From IMG/VR virus record IMGVR_UViG_3300025133_005019: a stretch of DNA of 57,478 nucleotides; one strand, given 5' to 3'. Both the position numbers and the translations under genes were made by a program. The notes under the pieces were generated by a model. That model worked only from the letters and a program-made list of their open reading frames with translations. It ran no database searches and was not told the origin of the DNA. This document shows positions 38,216 through 47,272 of this stretch, piece by piece. The DNA is from an uncultured virus (IMG/VR IMGVR_UViG_3300025133_005019) (taxonomy: Duplodnaviria; Heunggongvirae; Uroviricota; Caudoviricetes). Each line of letters begins with the position of its first letter. The stretch's first letter is position 1.

Positions 38216-39225
38216 AATTTTCTTTGACGCATTTTTCTTGGCACACATCGATGTTATGCATATTATCTTCTATCCATTTAAATATGGGACCATTAATTAT
38301 TTCTTCCATAGAATAATATTTGATATTGTGATATTTTTTATCTATGCCCGAATCTCCCCACAATTTAGTTATGTGTTTTTGAACTCCATACCAACAACAT
38401 GGATATACATATCCCTTTGCAGAGATATATATGTTACCCATAGTCTTGTGGAAATTGTCGCCACCATTTCCTACCTGTGCTTTACACTTAGGCTCTATTG
38501 TGAATGTTTTTTTAATTTCTGTTTTTGGTTGCACTTCGTTCATAATCTTCTGGTATTTCTATATTTTTTATTTTTTCGTCTTCGCCTCTAACGCTTTGTA
38601 CAATATGAAATCTGTTGAAGTTTTCACTTTTGGAATAACTTTTAACTTCATTCACCTGATGTTTATTCCAATTGAACACTATAAACTGCCATTTCGCTCT
38701 GCCACCAGCAGATATATAAGCACGCCAGTTTTCTCGTAGTCTACTCCATTCAACATTCTTTCTATATAAATGGTTCGTATCTTCTAATCCATCAATTCCC
38801 CACACAACTATCAATCGTTCATTCATACTTGCTGATAACTCTCCGAGTTCTTTCCAAAATTCGATTGAGCGAATGCCACCGTTTGTTGCAATATGCATTT
38901 TTATATTCGGTGCTAGTGTGTCCATATATTTTATAATTTCTATTATATCTGGATTAATAACAGGTTCATCAACATTGCCACAATAATGTATATCATCTAA
39001 ATGTTTCCAACGACCCTTTACAAACGTTTCTTTAATTTGTTTTAAAGATATGTAAGTATCGTTAAGCGATAAATCAAAACATGCAATCTCATCCCATCTA
39101 TTTTCGGACTTCATGTCACTTATCTCTTTTATTTTGAATCTTTCACATTGAGGACATGCGGCATTACAATAGTTTGTAAGTTCTATTTGTATTCTACCAA
39201 TGTCTGATTCCTGTGCCCAAGTCAT
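38199..39225 (-). CDS. Radical SAM + SPASM protein split into two overlapping frames (38512..39225 and 38199..38543)
   Basis: CNAACPQC, TNG, GIDGLEDTNHLYR in the first frame; GYVYPCCW...CQEKC in the second. Confidence 0.8.
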
Positions 39226-39860
39226 TAGATAATCCTACCAAACCCATACCAACGTTCTAAACAAAAAAAGCACGTTTCACAATGAATAGGATATCCATCT
39301 TCATCTTCTCCACTGGGAGATTCACACGAACAAGTATTAGGATATAGTTCATCTAATACTTTTTCTTCTTTATAAACCATAGCCACATCTCTCTTAGACA
39401 ATAGGGCAAATGGAGCACCCTTTCTAGCAGATGATACAGGCAATAAGTCTCGTTCTTTATCTCTTTTATCTATATGAAACTTGACTTCTTCCAAATTTAA
39501 ATTATGATTATGTTCAAAATATTCTAACATATCATCTATAGGTGGATTGGATGATATTCCCGAATATATATCTTCTACTTTATATTCGTTACGAAGAATG
39601 TCAGCCATATCTTCCTGACCAGTGACATAGCCTTCGTCACTATGTTCAATGAAATTAGTTATATGTTTGACTGGTCTAACTCCTGTCAATTTGTATACTA
39701 TTTCTACAACACGTTTTGCTAACATTGGATAATATGGTTTTTCATCAGTTCCCAATGTAAGAATGTATATCTCTGCATCGGGAAATTCCTTACACAATTT
39801 ATAATAGACAATTGCCGAATCTGCGCCACCTGATAACTTCATTCCTATTTTCTTTTTCAT
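39225..39860 (-). CDS. QueC-like PP-loop ATPase
   Basis: LSGGADS; TCSCE...HCETCFFCLERWYGFG. Confidence 0.82.
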   Translation of the reverse strand: MKKKIGMKLSGGADSAIVYYKLCKEFPDAEIYILTLGTDEKPYYPMLAKRVVEIVYKLTGVRPVKHITNFIEHSDEGYVTGQEDMADILRNEYKVEDIYSGISSNPPIDDMLEYFEHNHNLNLEEVKFHIDKRDKERDLLPVSSARKGAPFALLSKRDVAMVYKEEKVLDELYPNTCSCESPSGEDEDGYPIHCETCFFCLERWYGFGRII

Positions 39861-39889
39861 ATGTTCTCATTTATGATTTGTAGTGCTTC

Positions 39890-40297
39890 TTAGATGACAT
39901 CGTCTTCAACCCGTGTAACTAAACCAATCTCGCCTGATATCTTCATCATCATTCGATCACCAGTACTAGGTTGTTCTTTGGTTGTATATAAACGTCTGCG
40001 GCTTTTGAAATACCATTTTTCAATAACAGGACCATTCTCATCTTCGTCCACTACAACATAAGCTACAGTTTTACGCACCAATGCTTTGCGATAACCGCAA
40101 TCTATTCCATTAGATGAGTCGCGAACCCAAACTAAATGTGGGTATTCTATAGCTCGGCCAGTCGTTGGATCATTGAACATGTCAAAGTCTGGGTTCATGC
40201 TGTATTCAAAAATGTTGCCTAGATCTTTTTCAATGAAGTAACCCTGGATCGATCCGTCACCTGTATTAAAATATGTAGAACCTGGTGCAAAGGCCAT
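39890..40297 (-). CDS. Hypothetical phage protein
   Basis: GGAGG RBS; VRKTVAYVVVDED...EKW. Confidence 0.7.
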   Translation of the reverse strand: MAFAPGSTYFNTGDGSIQGYFIEKDLGNIFEYSMNPDFDMFNDPTTGRAIEYPHLVWVRDSSNGIDCGYRKALVRKTVAYVVVDEDENGPVIEKWYFKSRRRLYTTKEQPSTGDRMMMKISGEIGLVTRVEDDVI

Positions 40298-40298
40298 C

Positions 40299-40664
40299 CT
40301 ATTCCTCCAACATGCCTTGTTCTTTAGCGGCAGCAATTATAATCGGTGTAAACTTTGCTTCAACCAACTCGTTCACCTGATCCCAGCTACCTCCAAGATA
40401 ACCATACTCTTTGGTGTGTACTGGAAGGTACAATTCGCTTTTACGAAGACCGTCAAGAGCAAAACGACAATCATAAGCACGGTTAATAAGTAAATTATTA
40501 AAAATATCATATACAACATTATGTGCTTTACGATACTTTTCCAACGCAGGATTTTTCTTTGGATTCTCTACTGATCCTGTCGGTGGGATTAATGCGTCTA
40601 GGTCACGGCTTAACTTATAGGTCTTGTCTGTTACGCCCCAGTTAGCTTTTTTTGGATTAAACAT
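40299..40664 (-). CDS. Hypothetical protein (probably early)
   Basis: GGAG RBS; first ORF after a boxed promoter. Confidence 0.7.
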   Translation of the reverse strand: MFNPKKANWGVTDKTYKLSRDLDALIPPTGSVENPKKNPALEKYRKAHNVVYDIFNNLLINRAYDCRFALDGLRKSELYLPVHTKEYGYLGGSWDQVNELVEAKFTPIIIAAAKEQGMLEE

Positions 40665-40700
40665 CTGATATCTCCGGTAATTAATTTAACTTATAATAAT

Positions 40701-40729
40701 ATTATAGCACCAAGACGTATTGGTGTCAA
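40701..40729 (-). promoter_or_regulatory. Boxed sigma70 promoter (near-perfect palindrome)
   Basis: TTGACA-17-TATAAT; caccaagacgtattggtg. Confidence 0.85.
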
Positions 40730-41253
40730 GTATTATTTTTATAATAATCGTTACTAATTTCTTTGGCTTTATTCCAAATTGGCGTATTATGAACTTTAGT
40801 CATAGAATCAAGAAGCAGTGCTTTTTCTTCCATATACACTACTGCGAATTTTTTATCGTTTTTAATAATACATTCAGTATTATGTATTAGGTCTGCACAT
40901 TTTATAAATTGCGCTTCTTGTGAAGCTTTCTGTATGTGCTTTCGGTCAATAGCTTTGCGTGTTGCTCTGTTACCATCTTCTGGTTTGCTCGTATCCGTGA
41001 GCCAGTCAACAAGATCAGCAATGGTATCACCAAAATGCTCCCTAATAATATCAATTGTAACATTTGTATCCTCCACAACATCGTGTAACAATGCTGCTTG
41101 TATTTGTTCGGCATTGCCGCCGTATTCTTCTACAATACTAGCTACTGCCACTGGATGTGTATAATATGGCTGCCCAGAATATTTTCTTTTCTGGCCGACA
41201 GCTTCGTGGGCGGCGATTGCAAATAGTTTTGCATTAGTATTGTTATTATCCAT
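40726..41253 (-). CDS. HD-domain (p)ppGpp hydrolase-like protein (Mesh1/SAH type)
   Basis: AHEAVGQKRKYSGQPYYTHP, ALLHDVVEDT, IKCADLIHN. Confidence 0.88.
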   Translation of the reverse strand: MDNNNTNAKLFAIAAHEAVGQKRKYSGQPYYTHPVAVASIVEEYGGNAEQIQAALLHDVVEDTNVTIDIIREHFGDTIADLVDWLTDTSKPEDGNRATRKAIDRKHIQKASQEAQFIKCADLIHNTECIIKNDKKFAVVYMEEKALLLDSMTKVHNTPIWNKAKEISNDYYKNNT

Positions 41254-41270
41254 AATTATAGTCCGTATAA

Positions 41271-41474
41271 TTAAAAGTTGGCGGTTTGTCCAGTAGTTGG
41301 ATTGCGTAATTCAAGAATTACATAATTTACATTTGGATTATATGTAACATCCAGTGCCCAATTATATGCGCTATCCCAATCAACAAAACGCATAGTTTCA
41401 GTTAATGTCAGTCCTTCAGCAATGCCAGATAACATATATTTGTCAAATTCTACTTTGAGTATTGTGGTTGTCAT
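41271..41474 (-). CDS. Hypothetical protein (probably early)
   Basis: First ORF after a boxed promoter. Confidence 0.65.
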   Translation of the reverse strand: MTTTILKVEFDKYMLSGIAEGLTLTETMRFVDWDSAYNWALDVTYNPNVNYVILELRNPTTGQTANF

Positions 41475-41507
41475 GTTTATATTCTCTTTAATTAACTTTA
41501 TACTTAT

Positions 41508-41536
41508 ATGATACAGTAAGACGTATTGGTTGTCAA
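41508..41536 (-). promoter_or_regulatory. Boxed sigma70 promoter
   Basis: TTGACA-17-TATCAT; identical to the 34641 copy. Confidence 0.85.
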
Positions 41537-41557
41537 CCTTTTTTGGCTTGTTGCAAA

Positions 41558-44236
41558 TTAAAAGTCAAATAAATCTGAAAATGTATTTTTATCTTCTGCC
41601 ATAGTTAAATCCCAATTCAACACACCCAGCAAATTGTCCAGCTTTTTAGTAATAATAGTTTCTTCCATAAGATCATCATCAAACGGTAGTTCTTTAAACC
41701 AGTCTGGAATACGCTTTACATCAGTTGGATACCCGATGCTTTTTATTCCTAATGCATTAGGTTTTAGCTTGCATACGATAGTTTTCATACCATCAGTAAT
41801 ATCACCACTATATGCATCGCTATTCATTTCTTTAAGTCTATTCCAGTTAATAGCTGCCAATACATGACCAATCCCACACTTGCCAGTCTTTTTCCATACA
41901 TTAGTATGATGTGTTAATTTATTAACTCGTTTAGGCGTACCTTTTTCCCACGACTGCATCTCACGAAACTTCTTACGGAATTTTTTAATATCCTCAATGA
42001 TAGAATCTTCACTAGCACCAGTGAGCACTTTCATAAGAACTTCGCCCAAATAATCTTGCATAAATGGCGGGGTATCACTACGCTTCAAGTCTAAGCCCAT
42101 TGCTTTAACTTTACCCACTTTACCATCAGTATCTTCACGCTTGCCTTCGTTATCATACACTAATGCTGCATAACGTTTCTTAGTAATAAAGATTCCAGCT
42201 TGCGCTGAAATCTCTCTACCTGCTGCAATAATTGTACCTAAGTCTAACGTTGTGTGGAATGAATTATTCATAAAGCTAGGAAACGTATTGTTTACTTCAT
42301 CACAAACTGCTTCATAGTATGCAGTAATAGTATCCTTATCCCATTGAATCTCGTTTTTGTCAATTTGTTCTTTAAGCATTGGATATGCACTAAAATATAC
42401 TGAGTCAGTATCACCATATACAATGCCATCACCTACGTGATTATACTCGCCTGCGATAACTTCATTTGCTTTGGCTGCCATATGACGCGCAATACAGCGA
42501 CCAGTTAGTGTAGTACTTTGTCCTAGACGCGGATCATTAAATCTACTTCCTGGATTAAGTAACGCACCATACAAACTGTTCAAGTTAATCTTCTTAACCA
42601 ACTGTCGCTTATCCCAAAATGCAAACTTATCACCACCCTCATCACGTGCTGCACGTGCTTTAGCTTGTAATTCTTTACGTTCAGCATACCAGCGTTCTAG
42701 CAATCCTGGAATAATACCAGTTCGCTCATATGTAAAGATTGTACCGTTAGCACTAATAAGCCAAGGTTGTCCGCTATTGAATACAATTTCATAAATCTCT
42801 GCGCCTGTAGCTTCAATGCTTTCGCCATCTTCAAAATCCAGCATCAAGCGTACATCAGTATCTTTAGCCATTACTAGCTCATATTCAGCAGCAGCAAATT
42901 TGCCCTCCCAATAACGTGCTACTGGACTTTCTTTGTACTTTGCAAAGCATTCTTCAATACCAAGCGATGTAATAGTATGCCGCACTTGGCCTACAATAGT
43001 TTCAGTGCTCATATTGCAACTACGCAAGATACTAGGATATAGACTGTTTAAATCCATGCTGCCAATCCATTCATGCATACCTTTTTTAGGTGTTGCAACA
43101 TAGGCGCCAGCAGCCTGTACTTTGCGCTGATATGATGGTTGAAAAAAATCGCCACGTTTTTTATCTGGAACAATTAATCCAAGACTATGCGCATGGTTAA
43201 CAATAGCTTGGTCTGTTTGCGCGACCGCACCCATTGTTGTTTGTAGCAATACAGTGTTAGAGTGTGCCAACACGTTTGCCAAGTCAATAAACTGTAGTTT
43301 AGCGTCTAGTCTTACTAGCAAGTCAACGTCTTGCCTGTTATACGCAATGAATTTTTCATAGTCATTGTTGTATAGTTGATCCAATGTACCTTCATAATCT
43401 ACTTTGCGTTCATTAAGTTCATATTCGCCAATGGCGTCTAGGCTATAACTATGCATTTCATGATATGTATACTTGCGATACAATTCAAGCATATCCAAAT
43501 GTACACGGCCAGCTAGATCATATGTTTCACTTTCTTTGCCAAACTTAACAATAGTTTTAGCTTTTGGGAATTTATCCCATAAACAAAATTTACGTGTGTG
43601 ACTTTTGCTTAGTATCCGTGAAATACGATTAACAATATATGGGATATCGAAGCCTTCACTATTCCAACCGGTGAATACATCAACATCATCAGATAACTCA
43701 AGGAAGGCGCCTAGCAGTTCTTCTTCAGTATCAAATAATATTGTATCATCAAATTTTTCACATATAGCTTGTGCTTCTTCTTTAGATAATGTGTCAGGTT
43801 TAATAGTTAAACATATAGTACGGTTTAACCAACTTAAATGTAACGCAATGGCAGTGATTGCATTGAATGGATCTTCAGGTGGAGCAAACCCTTTGTTTTT
43901 ATTAAAATCAACCTCGATATCGAAAAAGCCAATATGTAATTCAGGTGCTTCAGCATCCATATAATTGTCAGCCAAGCACCTGAATACTGGATTGATGTCA
44001 CTCTCAAACAATCCTTTATGGCCATGCATTTTCTTTTCAGTATTGAATCTTCTACCGCTGTTACATACAACCCGATCCAACTTGTCGCCGAAGATGCTAG
44101 TAAATGCACCGCGGTCATCAGGATAATACATTGTATATTTTGCAGGGTATTCTCGATATTGGCGTTCGCCGTTCACACGTTCAACTACGTGTATAATATC
44201 TCGATCTCGATCTAAAAAGCTGTCTACATAACTCAA
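41558..44236 (-). CDS. Family B DNA polymerase (T4 gp43-like)
   Basis: FDIEV, WNSEGFDIPY, YNRQD, DLNSLYPS, KINLNSLYG, YGDTDS, KKRYA; TTG start. Confidence 0.97.
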   Translation of the reverse strand: MSYVDSFLDRDRDIIHVVERVNGERQYREYPAKYTMYYPDDRGAFTSIFGDKLDRVVCNSGRRFNTEKKMHGHKGLFESDINPVFRCLADNYMDAEAPELHIGFFDIEVDFNKNKGFAPPEDPFNAITAIALHLSWLNRTICLTIKPDTLSKEEAQAICEKFDDTILFDTEEELLGAFLELSDDVDVFTGWNSEGFDIPYIVNRISRILSKSHTRKFCLWDKFPKAKTIVKFGKESETYDLAGRVHLDMLELYRKYTYHEMHSYSLDAIGEYELNERKVDYEGTLDQLYNNDYEKFIAYNRQDVDLLVRLDAKLQFIDLANVLAHSNTVLLQTTMGAVAQTDQAIVNHAHSLGLIVPDKKRGDFFQPSYQRKVQAAGAYVATPKKGMHEWIGSMDLNSLYPSILRSCNMSTETIVGQVRHTITSLGIEECFAKYKESPVARYWEGKFAAAEYELVMAKDTDVRLMLDFEDGESIEATGAEIYEIVFNSGQPWLISANGTIFTYERTGIIPGLLERWYAERKELQAKARAARDEGGDKFAFWDKRQLVKKINLNSLYGALLNPGSRFNDPRLGQSTTLTGRCIARHMAAKANEVIAGEYNHVGDGIVYGDTDSVYFSAYPMLKEQIDKNEIQWDKDTITAYYEAVCDEVNNTFPSFMNNSFHTTLDLGTIIAAGREISAQAGIFITKKRYAALVYDNEGKREDTDGKVGKVKAMGLDLKRSDTPPFMQDYLGEVLMKVLTGASEDSIIEDIKKFRKKFREMQSWEKGTPKRVNKLTHHTNVWKKTGKCGIGHVLAAINWNRLKEMNSDAYSGDITDGMKTIVCKLKPNALGIKSIGYPTDVKRIPDWFKELPFDDDLMEETIITKKLDNLLGVLNWDLTMAEDKNTFSDLFDF

Positions 44237-44251
44237 TTTTAAATTCCTTAT

Positions 44252-44506
44252 TTAAATATCGCGGCCAGTAACTTCTAGGATTGTTTCAAGTTCTTCAAAT
44301 TCTTCTCGATTTTTACCAGCTTCTGCCTTATGGGCAATGCGGATAGCTTTATTAAGAATTGACGGTTTAACATCTAATTCTTCAGCAATTGCTTTTACAG
44401 TGTCACGAAGACCTTCTTTGAGTACTGTAATTTCTTCGGTTGTATGAATGCCTTCTTTAATAAGGCTTTTTAGTTTTGTGATATCGTTTGGTGAAAAATG
44501 GGCCAT
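44252..44506 (-). CDS. Small helical DNA-binding protein (T4 DsbA-like)
   Basis: LRDTVKAIAEELDVKPSILNKAIRIAHK; AGGAG RBS; upstream TTGACT-17-TATCAT. Confidence 0.65.
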   Translation of the reverse strand: MAHFSPNDITKLKSLIKEGIHTTEEITVLKEGLRDTVKAIAEELDVKPSILNKAIRIAHKAEAGKNREEFEELETILEVTGRDI

Positions 44507-44583
44507 AAATTATCTCCTGTTTATGTAATAAAAATTTATTATAGCTTGTTAATGATACACAGAAATGATAGGAAAGTCAATGA

Positions 44584-44874
44584 TTATTTGTGCTTTTTAT
44601 CTTCTAATTTTTTAATACGTACTTCTAATTCTTCTATTTTCTTTGTAAGTTTTGGATTGGCGGCTTTCCATGCGTCTGGGTTATGTTTAAACCAAGTCCA
44701 ACCCCAACGATTGACTAGGAAGTCTAGTATAGCTTCCCATTTGGTTAATGCCCAAAAGGCAATATATGTATCTTTGATCCAGTAAACAAATAATGCACCA
44801 AATATACTACCTACTAGTGCGGTGTAAATCCACAATCTGTCACTAGCCATTTGTTCGATCATTTCCCAAATCAT
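44584..44874 (-). CDS. Small membrane protein
   Basis: TM segment plus coiled-coil tail. Confidence 0.65.
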   Translation of the reverse strand: MIWEMIEQMASDRLWIYTALVGSIFGALFVYWIKDTYIAFWALTKWEAILDFLVNRWGWTWFKHNPDAWKAANPKLTKKIEELEVRIKKLEDKKHK

Positions 44875-46232
44875 TTTAGTTTAAATCCTATACGACCTTT
44901 TTGTCCAGTTGCAAAATATGATTTGTTTACAAGCTGTGGTGACCCAGCAAACACAGCTGGAAACTTAGTATAATAACTTAGTGCAAGGTCTTGTCCTTGT
45001 TTACTTCCTTTAGTTATCAATTGTATATACTGATTATTATTCAAAGCTGCTAACATTGCTGCCTTGAAATCAGCATTTTGATTAACTACTGGCATCATTG
45101 CATTAACTATTGCAGTTAGTGCATGATAAAATACACGATAGTCATTTCGTTCAAGTGTTCCTGGTTGTACAGGTTGCGCTTGGACCATTGCTCGTAACTT
45201 GTCATCTGTAATATCACCGATATTGCGTGACGCTCTGTCTAATGATTCTAATGCTGCTACTGCGTTTTTGTCAATAATTCCCAAGTCAAATGCTACTTGC
45301 ACTGGGCCACTTACTGCTGATTTAGTTGCTAGTATTTCTATAATCTTGACACCAGTTTGAAATTCATTACGTTGTTCGTCAGTTATTTGTTTATATACGC
45401 CACTTAAACTACTGGCAGCACCACCAGCTTTACTTATTTTACTGCTTATTTGTAAGTCTATGCCATCTGAAGTGCGTACAACACTGTCTATAAGTTCCAT
45501 GCCAGTATCTTGTGGGAACATAACGGTACTGCCAGCTAAATTAGTTAACCCAAAATGCTTCAATACTTCTGATGTGTTGCCGCCTACACTGCTAGTTGCG
45601 TCAATCAGTGCCAGTGGTCCTAAATATTCACCACCGTATTTCTGTAATACACCGCTATATTCATGTGCATTAGAAATATATGTTGACTTACCAGTTCTAG
45701 CTTGTTCAACAGCCTGTTCCATTATTGGGGCAAAATCTTCGTGTCCTGTGCCTGCCATCTGCGAATGGATATTATCTAAGATTGCATTAGCTAGTTGATC
45801 TGTAGATCTATAATTTTCATCACTAACTAAGTCACTTGGCTTAATTGGTAAACTTTCTTGTTTATGGCCCTTACCATATTTGTATCCGCGTAATGTTTTC
45901 CATAACCCGTGAATGCCGCCTGGCGGTATTTGTTTTAAATATCGTATCCAATATTGTGATTGATTATTAGCATCAGTTACATGTGCAATTACTGCTGCTA
46001 GTGTACCGTTGTTTTTAGCATTGTCATCAATACGCCTTGCATCTAGTGGAATAAGTGCATCTAGTGCTGATTCAAGATTTTCAAGATTTTCAAAACTAGC
46101 AACATCTTGTGGTATTGGTATAATTTCTTGTATAGTTAATATATCTGCAGGATCTGAAACACTGACATATGTTTCTCCTTGGTCTCGTGCTGTTACACCG
46201 CGAGATTCAAATATTATTTGTTCTGCTCTCAT
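44871..46232 (-). CDS. Putative internal head protein with possible PD-(D/E)xK-like nuclease motif
   Basis: MRAEQIIFE N-terminus; YGGE...FP...LIDS...ISSK. Confidence 0.55.
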   Translation of the reverse strand: MRAEQIIFESRGVTARDQGETYVSVSDPADILTIQEIIPIPQDVASFENLENLESALDALIPLDARRIDDNAKNNGTLAAVIAHVTDANNQSQYWIRYLKQIPPGGIHGLWKTLRGYKYGKGHKQESLPIKPSDLVSDENYRSTDQLANAILDNIHSQMAGTGHEDFAPIMEQAVEQARTGKSTYISNAHEYSGVLQKYGGEYLGPLALIDATSSVGGNTSEVLKHFGLTNLAGSTVMFPQDTGMELIDSVVRTSDGIDLQISSKISKAGGAASSLSGVYKQITDEQRNEFQTGVKIIEILATKSAVSGPVQVAFDLGIIDKNAVAALESLDRASRNIGDITDDKLRAMVQAQPVQPGTLERNDYRVFYHALTAIVNAMMPVVNQNADFKAAMLAALNNNQYIQLITKGSKQGQDLALSYYTKFPAVFAGSPQLVNKSYFATGQKGRIGFKLK

Positions 46233-46493
46233 TTAATGATCCTCATTGCACTTGGTGCATTCGTATATATTGTTATCAGAATCATCGGCATTAATTTTAA
46301 CATAATCCAAAGTAATAGTTCCACATGACACACATTCTACACCGTGGCAGTGTATGCATCTACAACTATCACAAATGACAAGAAATTTGTCTGTGGGTAT
46401 TTTATTTAATCCAAATGATTGAGTATTTTGTAACTTAGTACCGCAATGACTTGGGCGGCCACAATTACTACAAGTTTGGCCACCGATAATCAT
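46233..46493 (-). CDS. Cys-rich zinc-finger protein
   Basis: CSNC, CDSCRCIHC, CVSC, CTKC. Confidence 0.65.
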   Translation of the reverse strand: MIIGGQTCSNCGRPSHCGTKLQNTQSFGLNKIPTDKFLVICDSCRCIHCHGVECVSCGTITLDYVKINADDSDNNIYECTKCNEDH

Positions 46494-47272
46494 TACTTAA
46501 ATCCTTTTTTAATAAGTGCTATGTCGTTGGCACTCAATCCTGCACTAGCTGCTTTTGCTACCATGTCATCACTATCAGTACCAGAACCAGCAATGCCCAA
46601 ATCCTTAGCAAATTGTGTTGGAGCATCATCACCACCAAAGTCGCCTACATCTTTGCCACGCTTGCCTTTGCCTCTAACCATTCGTTTAAGGCCACCTGTT
46701 GCTTTGCGCATTCCGGCGATAGCTCCGCGTTTTAATGCTTGGCCTGCTGCTGATCTTGCTGCATAGCCTAAGGCTGCTCGAGCTGCCATACCACCTAATG
46801 CTGCTAATGGTACTACTTCATCGAGGCGGTCTTCAGTAAGCTCGCCACTCTCCAGTTGTTCGTACACTTCCATCAATTGATTATGCTGATCGATAAGATG
46901 CGTTCGGTGTTCAGGTATTAAATCTTTAGTGAATATATCAGACTGATAACTAATTAATACACACTCAAGAACATCTTTACTAACGCCAGCTTCTTGTTCA
47001 GCTAGGTTAGGTTGAGAAATAGTTTCGTCAATTTTATGAATAATGTTATATCCATCATTTTGTGTAATAGTATATGTATCGCTATGTACTGATATACGAC
47101 GATTTTTCTTACCAACAACAATACTACGGTCATCTTTATCTAAGTTGACTGCTTTAACTTCATCTGCTTGGCCATTGTTTGAAAAATATACAGGCTCACC
47201 ACGATTTAGCAAATCATCTATTTGCTGTGTTAACGGCATACTTTCAAATTCTGCTAATTGTGATAATCTCAT
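46493..47272 (-). CDS. Putative internal head protein
   Basis: MRLSQL start; LAE/LTE/LDE sites followed by an A/G/K-rich tail. Confidence 0.65.
   Translation of the reverse strand: MRLSQLAEFESMPLTQQIDDLLNRGEPVYFSNNGQADEVKAVNLDKDDRSIVVGKKNRRISVHSDTYTITQNDGYNIIHKIDETISQPNLAEQEAGVSKDVLECVLISYQSDIFTKDLIPEHRTHLIDQHNQLMEVYEQLESGELTEDRLDEVVPLAALGGMAARAALGYAARSAAGQALKRGAIAGMRKATGGLKRMVRGKGKRGKDVGDFGGDDAPTQFAKDLGIAGSGTDSDDMVAKAASAGLSANDIALIKKGFK

Noticed and set aside
38034..38739. Plus-strand ORFs 38034..38591 and 38431..38739, and the many other antisense ORFs in the track
   Set aside because: They are shadows of well-supported opposite-strand genes and have no motifs.
7082..41536. Recurring ~30-bp sequence as a CRISPR repeat or IS end
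   Set aside because: Copies are dispersed kilobases apart, bounded by -35/-10 hexamers, with no spacers, cas genes or transposase.
41558..44236. Intein or intron in the DNA polymerase
   Set aside because: 892 aa is ordinary for a gp43-like enzyme and the motifs are contiguous.
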